Shown: one piece after another, positions 1-7,231 of the stretch
Position numbering within the stretch: position 1 is the first letter of the stretch
Layout: each line of letters begins with the position of its first letter
Source of the DNA: Candidatus Bathyarchaeota archaeon
GTDB taxonomy: Archaea; Thermoproteota; Bathyarchaeia; 40CM-2-53-6
Assembly (NCBI GenBank): GCA_963726255.1
Contig: CAVSBL010000003.1
Location: 1 to 14,100 of the forward strand
DNA length: 14,100 bases
Direction of reading: 5' to 3'
Position numbers and translations under genes: made by a program
Notes under the pieces: generated by a model
Database searches by the model: none
What the model was told of the DNA's origin: nothing
Seen by the model: the letters and a program-made list of their open reading frames with translations, nothing else

Positions 1-1
1 T

Positions 2-316
2 TTAGTGAAAGCGCTGGAGGAGGAGTTTGGGGTGACTGCGGCATCAGTGGCAGTGGCAGCACCAGCGGGTGCACCAGCGGCAGCCGCAGCAGCCGAGGAG
101 GAAAAGTCAGAGTTCACCGTAATCCTTAAGGAAATCGGCGAGAATAAAATCAATGTGATCAAGGCGGTGCGAGAGGTGACCACTTTAGGGCTAAAAGAGG
201 CTAAAGACTTGGTAGAGAGCGCTCCTAAACCGGTCAAGGAGGGTGTCAACAAGGACGAAGCGGCTGCTACCAAGAAGAAGCTGGAGGAAGCCGGGGCGAA
301 GGTAGAGGTCAAGTAG
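2..316 (+). CDS. rplL: 50S ribosomal protein L7/L12 (bL12), 5'-partial
   Basis: [11 protein letters not shown], Ala-rich hinge, then [50 protein letters not shown]...[11 protein letters not shown], the bacterial L7/L12 C-terminal domain. The frame is open to the window edge. Confidence 0.97.
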   Translation, partial: LVKALEEEFGVTAASVAVAAPAGAPAAAAAAEEEKSEFTVILKEIGENKINVIKAVREVTTLGLKEAKDLVESAPKPVKEGVNKDEAAATKKKLEEAGAKVEVK

Positions 317-380
317 CTTTTTTAAATAGCCTTGATTTTGAAAGAATTCTTGAAATTATAACTGTACTGTAAACAACTAG

Positions 381-454
381 AGAAACTGAGAAGCTCGCCA
401 GAGGTTATCTGAAGTGTAAGAGGTCTTACCTTTGGCGGGCTTTTCATTGTTTCT
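381..454 (+). terminator. Long stem-loop downstream of rplL (terminator, attenuator or processing stem)
   Basis: 381-405 pairs with 428-454 (core AAGCTCGCCAGAGGT / ACCTTTGGCGGGCTT) with three G-U pairs and a 2-nt bulge at 447-448. The 3' arm is U-rich (GGCGGGCTTTTCATTGTTT). Confidence 0.6.
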
Positions 455-524
455 AACAAGGTGTAAGATTGTTGGCCGGTCGAGGTGATGTGTAGATACA
501 AAAAGAGTAAAGTGAGGGATCAGC

Positions 525-796
525 ATGGCTGAAGCGGAATTCTACGAAGTGGCTGCCGAGGTGATATCTCAAAAAGGTCATTGTGAGATTGGGCACAAAG
601 TCGGTGACAGGTTTGTTATTGGGGATAAGACTCCGTCCGGTATGTGTCCCTGGGCGTTTTATGCGCTTTTTCCCTTTGTCTCGGTGCTGCAGTTCGGTGG
701 TTCTTTCCCTTGGGAAGACGACCAAGACAAGACCACAGTCGCTTGCCCGACCCAGCAAACCCGGTCGTTTTCGAGTTAAAGCGTTTGCGGAAGTAG
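525..796 (+). pseudogene. TIGR04076-like small Cys-motif protein with a 1-nt frameshift near the C-terminus
   Basis: Motifs KGHCEIGHKVGDRF, GMCPWAF, FGGSFPW and ACP. The expected ending DPANPVVFELKRLRK* lies in the -1 frame (749-796). SD-like GAGGGA upstream. The frameshift may be a sequencing error. Confidence 0.75.
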
Positions 797-920
797 TCTG
801 TTAGCTGTGTGAATTCTGAGGCACTGTTTTTGTTTCTGAGCGGAGAAATTCAGTTGCATGCACAGCGTCGGGCAGCGGCATTTGTACCTTTGGAATTTCC
901 TAACCTAATATCTACGAAGC

Positions 921-950
921 TTGACAAACCTTTGCGATTCCGTATACGCT
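921..950 (+). promoter_or_regulatory. Bacterial sigma70-type promoter whose downstream gene is missing
   Basis: Perfect TTGACA at 921-926, with TATACG (943-948) or TACGCT (945-950) at 16 or 18 nt spacing. Confidence 0.5.
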
Positions 951-987
951 TTAGAGTCAAGAAGCGATTTCTACGTCTATTGAGCAC

Positions 988-1233
988 TTCGGGTTGTTCT
1001 CCTCGTTCCATTGTTCCGGCGGGGACTTCGAGGAGGTCTGTTGCGATTGCGTACCTAAATTGGCGCACTAAGACGACCTTGCGTTCTTGGATTATCGGTA
1101 CAATTGCGGCAGCGCCCCGGTGTTCGATAACCTCACGGGTCGTCGTCTTGCCGTTCCCCAACATCACTTGGTCGACGCGCAGATTCAAGATCCGGCCATC
1201 GTACACACGGGACGAAGACGTGCAACGTTCCAT
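988..1233 (-). pseudogene. Nudix hydrolase (ADP-ribose pyrophosphatase/NudF-like), 3'-truncated at a segment junction
   Basis: VYDGRILNLRVDQV...REVIEHRGAAAIVP...VVLVRQFRYA...LLEVPAGTMERGEQPE is the ADPRase N-terminal half. The Nudix box stops before its REUXEEXGU part, and the rest of ORF 850-987 is unrelated read-through. Confidence 0.85.
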
Positions 1234-1372
1234 TTCTATCCAGGTCTCGAATAGTGGCCGTGAATATGAGAGGTTCGCCCAGGGAGGGATCGATGCGCCA
1301 AATTGTTCCGTTTGGTGTTTGGTACTGTTTTTATTGAAAGCATCATACTGCTAGCGGCATAAGGACTGCGCA

Positions 1373-3181
1373 TTGACTCAGAAACTGGTCCCAGATACTT
1401 CGATAATTATCGACGGCAACGTACCGTCGGTAATCGAGAAAGGTGGACTGACCGACGTTGAAATTGTCATCCCATACGCAGTGTTAGATGAACTTCAGGC
1501 ACAGGCTTCGAAGGGACGGGAACCAGGGTTCGTTGGGCTTGAGGAAATCAAGAAACTGAGGACCTTTTGTGAGAGTAAAGGCATCAAACTAACATTTCTT
1601 GGCCAGCGTCCCGGGTACAACGATATCATGCTTGCAAGGAGCGGAAGGCTCGACGCCCTCATCACGGATGTTGCGAGGTCTGAGAATGGAATTCTTCTTA
1701 CCGCCGACTACGTGCAAGCACTGGTCGCTGAAGCATCAGGCGTGCAAGTGAAACACGTCCCAGGCGAGGTGAAGACCACAGGCCTCGATTTCGAGAGGCT
1801 ATTCACAGCTGACACATCGAGCGTTCACCTAAAGGAGGGAACGCGGCCTCTTGCAAAGACAGGCAAGCCAGGAAAATTCGAGTTAGTTACACTCTCTGAA
1901 ACACCCAGCACAACTGAAGAGGTCGAACAAGTCATTCGAGAAGTTACCGAGGCAGCAAGGGTTAGCCGGGAAGGCTTTGTTGAAATAAACAGGGCGGGCG
2001 CTATGGTCATCCAATTGGGCCGCTTTCGTGTTGCGATTACCAGGCCACCGTTATCAGACGGCGTGGAAGTTACGATTGTTCGTCCCGTCGTGAGCCTCAC
2101 GCTCCAAGACTATAAGCTGTCTGGGAAACTGATGGAACGGCTCGCTACGGGCGCCGAAGGCATCCTCATAGCAGGGCCTCCGGGGTCGGGCAAAACAACT
2201 TTTGCTTCGTCCCTAGCTGAGTTCTACTTGAAGCAAAACAAAATCGTCAAGACGCTTGAATCCCCGAGAGACTTACAGGTTGGCCCAGAAATAACTCAGT
2301 ACGGCCCGCTGGAAGGAGATTTCGAGAAAACGGCGGAGATCCTCCTCCTCGTGAGGCCGGACTATACGGTATTCGACGAAGTGAGGAAAACCAAGGACTT
2401 CATGATCTTCGCCGACATGCGCTTAGCGGGAGTCGGTATGATCGGCGTCGTGCACGCCAGCGAGGCGATCAATGCCATACAAAGATTCATCGGCCGCGTT
2501 GAGCTGGGAATGATCCCGCACATCATAGACACAATAATTTTCATCCAGTATGGGGAAGTACGCAACCTCTTCACGCTAAACCTCACGGTTAAGGTTCCAA
2601 CTGGGATGACTGAAGCTGACCTCGCCCGGCCAGTGGTTGAGGTTCGTGATTTCGAAAAAGGCGCTTTGCAATACGAGATCTACACGTTCGGCGAGGAGAA
2701 TGTGATCATTCCAGTAAGCGACGCAAAACCCGCAATCAGCGCTGCACATAAGCTCGCTGAGGAACGAATACTGCAGGAAATCAGGAAGTTTGACCCTGGT
2801 GGAGAGGTCACATTGGTGTCCGACAACCGCGCCCTCGTCCGCGTCGATAACGAAATTGTTCCCATACTCATCGGGAAGAAAGGCGCTACCGTTACAAAAC
2901 TGGAGGAGAAGCTCGGCGTCAAGATCGATGTAGAACCGCTAGCGCCAAGTGCTGCAGGCAAAGAGGTTCGGTACGAGGTAAGGGAAGTCGGCAACCGTAT
3001 CGACCTCGTATTTGATGAAGACCTTACCGGTGTGGCTGCCAACGTTTACGTTGGCGACCAATACCTCTTCTCTGCAACAATCGGCAAGAAGGGCCAAATC
3101 AGGGTGTCAAAGAAATCTGACTTAGGCCGCAGCCTGTTGCGAGCTTTAGTCTCAAAGCAGAGGATTCGTGTTCTCATCTAG
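1373..3181 (+). CDS. PIN domain + P-loop ATPase + KH protein (archaeal PINA-type Holliday junction branch-migration ATPase)
   Basis: N-terminal PIN motifs (VPDTSIIIDG, VLDELQAQA, LLTADYVQ), Walker A GPPGSGKTT, Walker B VFDEVR, MRLAGVGMIGVVHA and a KH GxxG (ILIGKKGATVTKLEEKLGVKIDV). TTG start with an AT-rich TATA-like TTTTTATT at ~1328-1336. Confidence 0.92.
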   Translation: MTQKLVPDTSIIIDGNVPSVIEKGGLTDVEIVIPYAVLDELQAQASKGREPGFVGLEEIKKLRTFCESKGIKLTFLGQRPGYNDIMLARSGRLDALITDVARSENGILLTADYVQALVAEASGVQVKHVPGEVKTTGLDFERLFTADTSSVHLKEGTRPLAKTGKPGKFELVTLSETPSTTEEVEQVIREVTEAARVSREGFVEINRAGAMVIQLGRFRVAITRPPLSDGVEVTIVRPVVSLTLQDYKLSGKLMERLATGAEGILIAGPPGSGKTTFASSLAEFYLKQNKIVKTLESPRDLQVGPEITQYGPLEGDFEKTAEILLLVRPDYTVFDEVRKTKDFMIFADMRLAGVGMIGVVHASEAINAIQRFIGRVELGMIPHIIDTIIFIQYGEVRNLFTLNLTVKVPTGMTEADLARPVVEVRDFEKGALQYEIYTFGEENVIIPVSDAKPAISAAHKLAEERILQEIRKFDPGGEVTLVSDNRALVRVDNEIVPILIGKKGATVTKLEEKLGVKIDVEPLAPSAAGKEVRYEVREVGNRIDLVFDEDLTGVAANVYVGDQYLFSATIGKKGQIRVSKKSDLGRSLLRALVSKQRIRVLI

Positions 3182-3187
3182 CCGCAA

Positions 3188-4447
3188 TCAGAGTTCCAGC
3201 TTCACATCTGCCCCGGACAGCTTCCGTGAGAATGCCTCGATCTCTCTCAATAACGAACCAATCTGTTCGTCAAGTCGCCTTTCATTTCCAACTGCTCGTT
3301 GCAACTCTCCCACCAGCTCTTCATGGGCAGCGCGGTTTGCTCGTCCCTTCTGGCGGAGGTCTCTAAGTTTCTGGACTAGGGCCGCCGTTTCTTGGTCAGC
3401 TAAAAGCCTCTCATAGGTACTCTTGCGGTCGCGAGATGTTTCATGAATTTTCGACAACGAATTTCCTGCAACAACCTGTTCTGCTCGTTCAACCACTTTC
3501 TTCGCCTCACGCTGTTTGAGCGCCAGTTTCCCGCTCGTCACTGCCCCCGATAACGCTGTCATGACAGCCTTCAAGCGCGGGTAGCCACTCTCTTCCGAGA
3601 GGAATGTCGCGAAAGGTTTCTTGACGTACTCCTTCGTGCTATCTCTTACTTCGATAGGGAGCGGGTAGTCCCCGCGCTCAGAAATCGAGATGAGTTTCTT
3701 TAACGGCCTCCCTAGCCTACTAAACCCGGTAAGGATTAGTTCCCCTCTCAGCGCTCTCAGCTCTGAGTCAAGTTGCATGTATTCCTTGATCTTCGGGTTT
3801 CGACGAATCTCCCCGGCTTGGTCCTTCAGCGATTTGTCAACGCGTTCAGTTTCTCCGAGGTTTTCCTCTAAGGATTGTCTTTGTTGTGATGCGGATTCCC
3901 TTAGCGTCCGCATCTTTGATAGGGAATTAAGCTTCTCGCTCAACCCTTCTAGGGAGTGAAGTAAGGCTCCTCGCCCGATCAGGAAATTGTGAAGTTCGTC
4001 GCCTAGCCTTCGTAGTTTGTCAATGTTGCCACCGAGCGTCATCATGTCGATAATGTAGTACGGCCGGATCTGTCGGAGCCATGTCTCCCTAGTTCGGGCT
4101 GCTTCCGACGCAAGCTTCGACGTCTCGCGTTGTAGGTTCCTCAGGCTTCCCGAATCTTTCTCAGTCGGGACGCTAAACTGTTTGAACATATCCGGGATTA
4201 TTGTTGTCAACCTTGCAACTGCTTTCGCCGCCCTGTACTGGGCTCTGTTGTCGCGTTTTGATTCCATTTCTTGTTCCGCTTTACGTGCGAGTTGAGTGCA
4301 GAATTCTGTAATCGAATCTAATCCGCGTGTTATCTCCGTGATTAGTTTGTCACGTTCACGTTCTGCTTGGGATAGGTTTGATGAGAGTGATTTCCGCAGC
4401 CATTCTTGTAATTTTGAAACTGGAATTTGATTGGCCATGGAGGACAC
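3188..4447 (-). CDS. Hypothetical all-helical coiled-coil protein (start may be ATG 4438)
   Basis: 419-aa ORF rich in L/E/R/K heptads, no TM segment, no Walker motif. It fills the gap between PINA and the ribophorin-like gene. TATA-like ATATTATAA on the minus strand at ~4497-4505. Confidence 0.8.
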   Translation of the reverse strand: MSSMANQIPVSKLQEWLRKSLSSNLSQAERERDKLITEITRGLDSITEFCTQLARKAEQEMESKRDNRAQYRAAKAVARLTTIIPDMFKQFSVPTEKDSGSLRNLQRETSKLASEAARTRETWLRQIRPYYIIDMMTLGGNIDKLRRLGDELHNFLIGRGALLHSLEGLSEKLNSLSKMRTLRESASQQRQSLEENLGETERVDKSLKDQAGEIRRNPKIKEYMQLDSELRALRGELILTGFSRLGRPLKKLISISERGDYPLPIEVRDSTKEYVKKPFATFLSEESGYPRLKAVMTALSGAVTSGKLALKQREAKKVVERAEQVVAGNSLSKIHETSRDRKSTYERLLADQETAALVQKLRDLRQKGRANRAAHEELVGELQRAVGNERRLDEQIGSLLREIEAFSRKLSGADVKLEL

Positions 4448-4515
4448 TAGGGATTTGCTAGCCTTCGGATGACGCGGCTTAGAGGTTATGGCCGGATTAT
4501 AATATGTTCCGTGGC

Positions 4516-6267
4516 TTATCTTGCGTCTTCTCGCAGAGTGATCAAAATGGTTTCAACTGTTTCTTCTGCTCGGTCGATGCGTTTCGTGATATCATTGACC
4601 ATGGCATCGTACGTTTCACGAGTCGATCTGCCTGCCCTGTACTGGGATCTCACCTGATTCAGGCTGGTTCGTGACACGTGGATTTCCGCTTCTGCCCTGT
4701 CGATTCTTCGAATCAGTTCATCGTACCGTGGGCTGACTGCACGAAGTTCGGCTTTGATCTCCATCAGGGACTTATTGATTTCGTCCAGCCGGAGTTCCAT
4801 AACCTTCGTTCGTCGCCTGAACTCATGCTTCACCAAACCGCCCCTAGCCACTTCCTCTTCCATTACAACGAGTTCCCTTGATAATGCAAGTCTCTCGTCA
4901 TACAGGCCAACGAACTCCCTAAGCTTCTCAACGGGAACTGGGACTGCGAGTTCTGGGCCTCGCCTAACCATGACCGCCAATGCAAATGCTGCAATCGCAA
5001 GCTCCAGGCCGACAAGCCACGGCAGACCACCAAACGCTGACGAGAACGGCGAACCATTCAAGGTTAGTCCAACAGTCAAGTTGTTCATCGTCGAGATGCC
5101 CTGAAGCGCAAACTCGCGACTGTCTGGGTTATATTCAATGGGGCTCGATATGGGTGACTGCGGTAGGGTCTTGATATCGCTGACGGTAACTCCGCTGGGC
5201 GTTATGATTCTGACAGTTGCATTATCGAATAGAAGGTCGTCTCCATTGTTCAAAAGGCCGATGGTTAGGTTGTATGTTCCCCACCAGTTCAGTTGTTTGA
5301 GGTACTGCGACGTGGGGAGGTCGTAGGTCAATGTGAATGTGAAGTTCTCCTTAGATCTCACGCCGGAAGCATACCTTGGGGATACCGTGACTTGGTAGGG
5401 TGCGGTAGGATTCTGTGTGGTTGTCCACATCGCGCCCACCACGTCATACGCCATAACGTTTGAGGCGCCTTTGGGAAGGGTGATGGGCATGGATGTGATT
5501 GGTATGCCGATGTTGTGTAGGTTGTAAGTGTCCTGCACCTTGAGTACGCCGGTACTGCCGACCGCGATGTCGCGCTCAGCCGAAGTTATGTCTACAAGAT
5601 ATTGGTTGACCGTGCTGTACGGAGCATAGAACGTGTCGGTTGAGTATGCCTTCCAAGGTTGGTACTGCCGGAAAAGGGCGGGTAGACCGTTCAGAGTTAC
5701 GATTTGGTAGGGTGAGTTCTGGGGAAGCACGAAGTTTGAGGCTTGCACCGCTACAAACGTCACATTTGCTACTCTAGCGTCCTGCGTAAGAATGGGCGCC
5801 GCTGTAAAATTATACTGAAACCCGCCAACGACCTCTGTTATCAAACCGCTCATCAGCAATGCCACTCTGAATTCGTAAGTTTTGTTCAAGGTCAAGTCTT
5901 CAGCGAAATGAACCCGCATCCAATAGACGTCTGGGCTTGGGTTGACGTCGCCGTCTACGGTCAGGGTTCTTCCCGCGCCGTCCCTTGAGAGCGCATAGTA
6001 CACGTTGTTTCGATACTGGCGTGAAAAGCCGAAATCCAATGAGGATACTGGGGTTGAACCGCTGTCATAATGGACTCTGTAACTGTCCAAAAGATGTAAG
6101 ACTCCCCACTGCCCTAGGTCGACGATCCTCACGACATCTATCGTCAGGTGCGGCTGTGAGTCTGCATGGAGCGGAGCAACCATCCCTAGAGCCAAGACCA
6201 AGACTAGGGCAACTACTGCTAGCTTCATTTTCAACTTCAGTTTGGCTCCGCTTTCATCGGGTTCCAC
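4516..6267 (-). CDS. Ribophorin I (RPN1/Ost1)-like type I membrane protein (start may be ATG 6228)
   Basis: Signal peptide MKLAVVALVLVLALGMVAPLHA, two beta-rich extracellular repeats, RPN1-like motifs (ITSAERDIAVGSTGVLKVQDTYNLHNIG, LPKGASNVMAYDVVG, VSPRY, YDLPTSQYL, DNATVRIITPSG), one TM helix (~4965-5030) and a helical cytoplasmic tail. Confidence 0.75.
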   Translation of the reverse strand: MEPDESGAKLKLKMKLAVVALVLVLALGMVAPLHADSQPHLTIDVVRIVDLGQWGVLHLLDSYRVHYDSGSTPVSSLDFGFSRQYRNNVYYALSRDGAGRTLTVDGDVNPSPDVYWMRVHFAEDLTLNKTYEFRVALLMSGLITEVVGGFQYNFTAAPILTQDARVANVTFVAVQASNFVLPQNSPYQIVTLNGLPALFRQYQPWKAYSTDTFYAPYSTVNQYLVDITSAERDIAVGSTGVLKVQDTYNLHNIGIPITSMPITLPKGASNVMAYDVVGAMWTTTQNPTAPYQVTVSPRYASGVRSKENFTFTLTYDLPTSQYLKQLNWWGTYNLTIGLLNNGDDLLFDNATVRIITPSGVTVSDIKTLPQSPISSPIEYNPDSREFALQGISTMNNLTVGLTLNGSPFSSAFGGLPWLVGLELAIAAFALAVMVRRGPELAVPVPVEKLREFVGLYDERLALSRELVVMEEEVARGGLVKHEFRRRTKVMELRLDEINKSLMEIKAELRAVSPRYDELIRRIDRAEAEIHVSRTSLNQVRSQYRAGRSTRETYDAMVNDITKRIDRAEETVETILITLREDAR

Positions 6268-6329
6268 GAAAGGATTGTCCCGTCAATGCGGAGTTCAATA
6301 TTTATTCATTCTGTTGTCTATGGATTGAT

Positions 6330-7178
6330 TCAATTTTTCAAGAGTGACGAATGCCATTCGTCGGGAGTATCCCTCATTTTCTTCGCTGGAATTCCTGCGA
6401 AAACTGTTCGCGGGGGCACATTGGAGTTCACCATTGCTTGTGAACCGACGACAGACCCCTCCCCCACAATGACGCCTGGGAAGATTAGTGCGTTCGCTCC
6501 GATGCTAGCGCCCCTCTTCACAGTTGGCCCAACTAGTTTGAATGGTTTCTGGGTGACGTACTTGTCGTTTGTGAAGACGCAGCAGGGCCCGAGGAACACT
6601 CCGTCCTCTACAGTCGAATAGGTGCAAATGTATACCCCAGTTTGAATCGAGACCTTCGCCCCTATCTTCGTGCTTCCATCAATCACTACGTTGGTTCCAA
6701 TTTTGGTTCCGCTGCCAATCGTCACATTCTCTCGGACTAGCACGTTGTGTCCGAATGCGACATCGTCTTCAGCCTTCACGTTCGAGTAGAGTGTTGTTCC
6801 AGGCCTCAGGATACAGTTCTCGCCGACGGTGGTTGCTTTCTTCTCCTTTATTCTGTGCGAACGTGCCATTTCCTTAAGCTCATTAGCGGCTGGGAACCCA
6901 ATAATGCAGTTCGGGCCGACATAGGTACCTTTCCCGATCGTTAGAGGCCCGTACAGGACCGCATTCGAATCGATGAATGTTCCCTTACCGGTTCGTACCC
7001 GGCCAAGCAGCCTAGCGCCCGCGCCAACATGCGTTCCAGGGCCAAGCAAGCGTTTGTTCTCAACAACTGCTGTTCGATCAATCTTGCGTGAATTCAAAGG
7101 AATCCTAACCGTTCCTTCAATGATGTTCAAGGACTTAACTGCATTTGTTTGAGGGCTATTCTCCGACTCTTCAAGCAA
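6330..7178 (-). CDS. Hexapeptide-repeat (left-handed beta-helix) N-acyltransferase, WbpD/WxcM-like; probable start TTG 7097
   Basis: Many [LIV]G-x4 hexapeptides, GPCCVFTNDKY, GASIGANALIFPGVIVGEGSVVGSQAMV and the C-terminal AGIPAK typical of nucleotide-sugar N-acyltransferases. Confidence 0.88.
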   Translation of the reverse strand: MLEESENSPQTNAVKSLNIIEGTVRIPLNSRKIDRTAVVENKRLLGPGTHVGAGARLLGRVRTGKGTFIDSNAVLYGPLTIGKGTYVGPNCIIGFPAANELKEMARSHRIKEKKATTVGENCILRPGTTLYSNVKAEDDVAFGHNVLVRENVTIGSGTKIGTNVVIDGSTKIGAKVSIQTGVYICTYSTVEDGVFLGPCCVFTNDKYVTQKPFKLVGPTVKRGASIGANALIFPGVIVGEGSVVGSQAMVNSNVPPRTVFAGIPAKKMRDTPDEWHSSLLKN

Positions 7179-7231
7179 CCATAATCGAATAATATGAACT
7201 GAGGGTAAGGGTCGCCGCGAGGAAGCGGAAC

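Noticed and set aside
332-370. Possible sigma70 promoter (TTGATT/TTGAAA ... TATAAC) after rplL
   Set aside because: Spacings of 19 or 13 nt are off-consensus and the region is simply AT-rich.
804-866. Weak inverted repeats (GCTGTGT/GCACAGC, TGAATT/AATTCA)
   Set aside because: Short and interrupted; compatible with chance.
850-987. Basic C-terminal extension of the Nudix ORF as a novel fusion domain
   Set aside because: It is read-through into the antisense of a bacterial intergenic/promoter region past the junction.
809-1354. 181-aa plus-strand ORF
   Set aside because: Antisense to the Nudix gene and spans the segment junction; no recognisable motifs.
1373-1760. PIN domain as a VapC toxin of a toxin-antitoxin or defence system
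   Set aside because: It is fused to ATPase and KH domains in the conserved housekeeping PINA architecture, and no antitoxin is adjacent.
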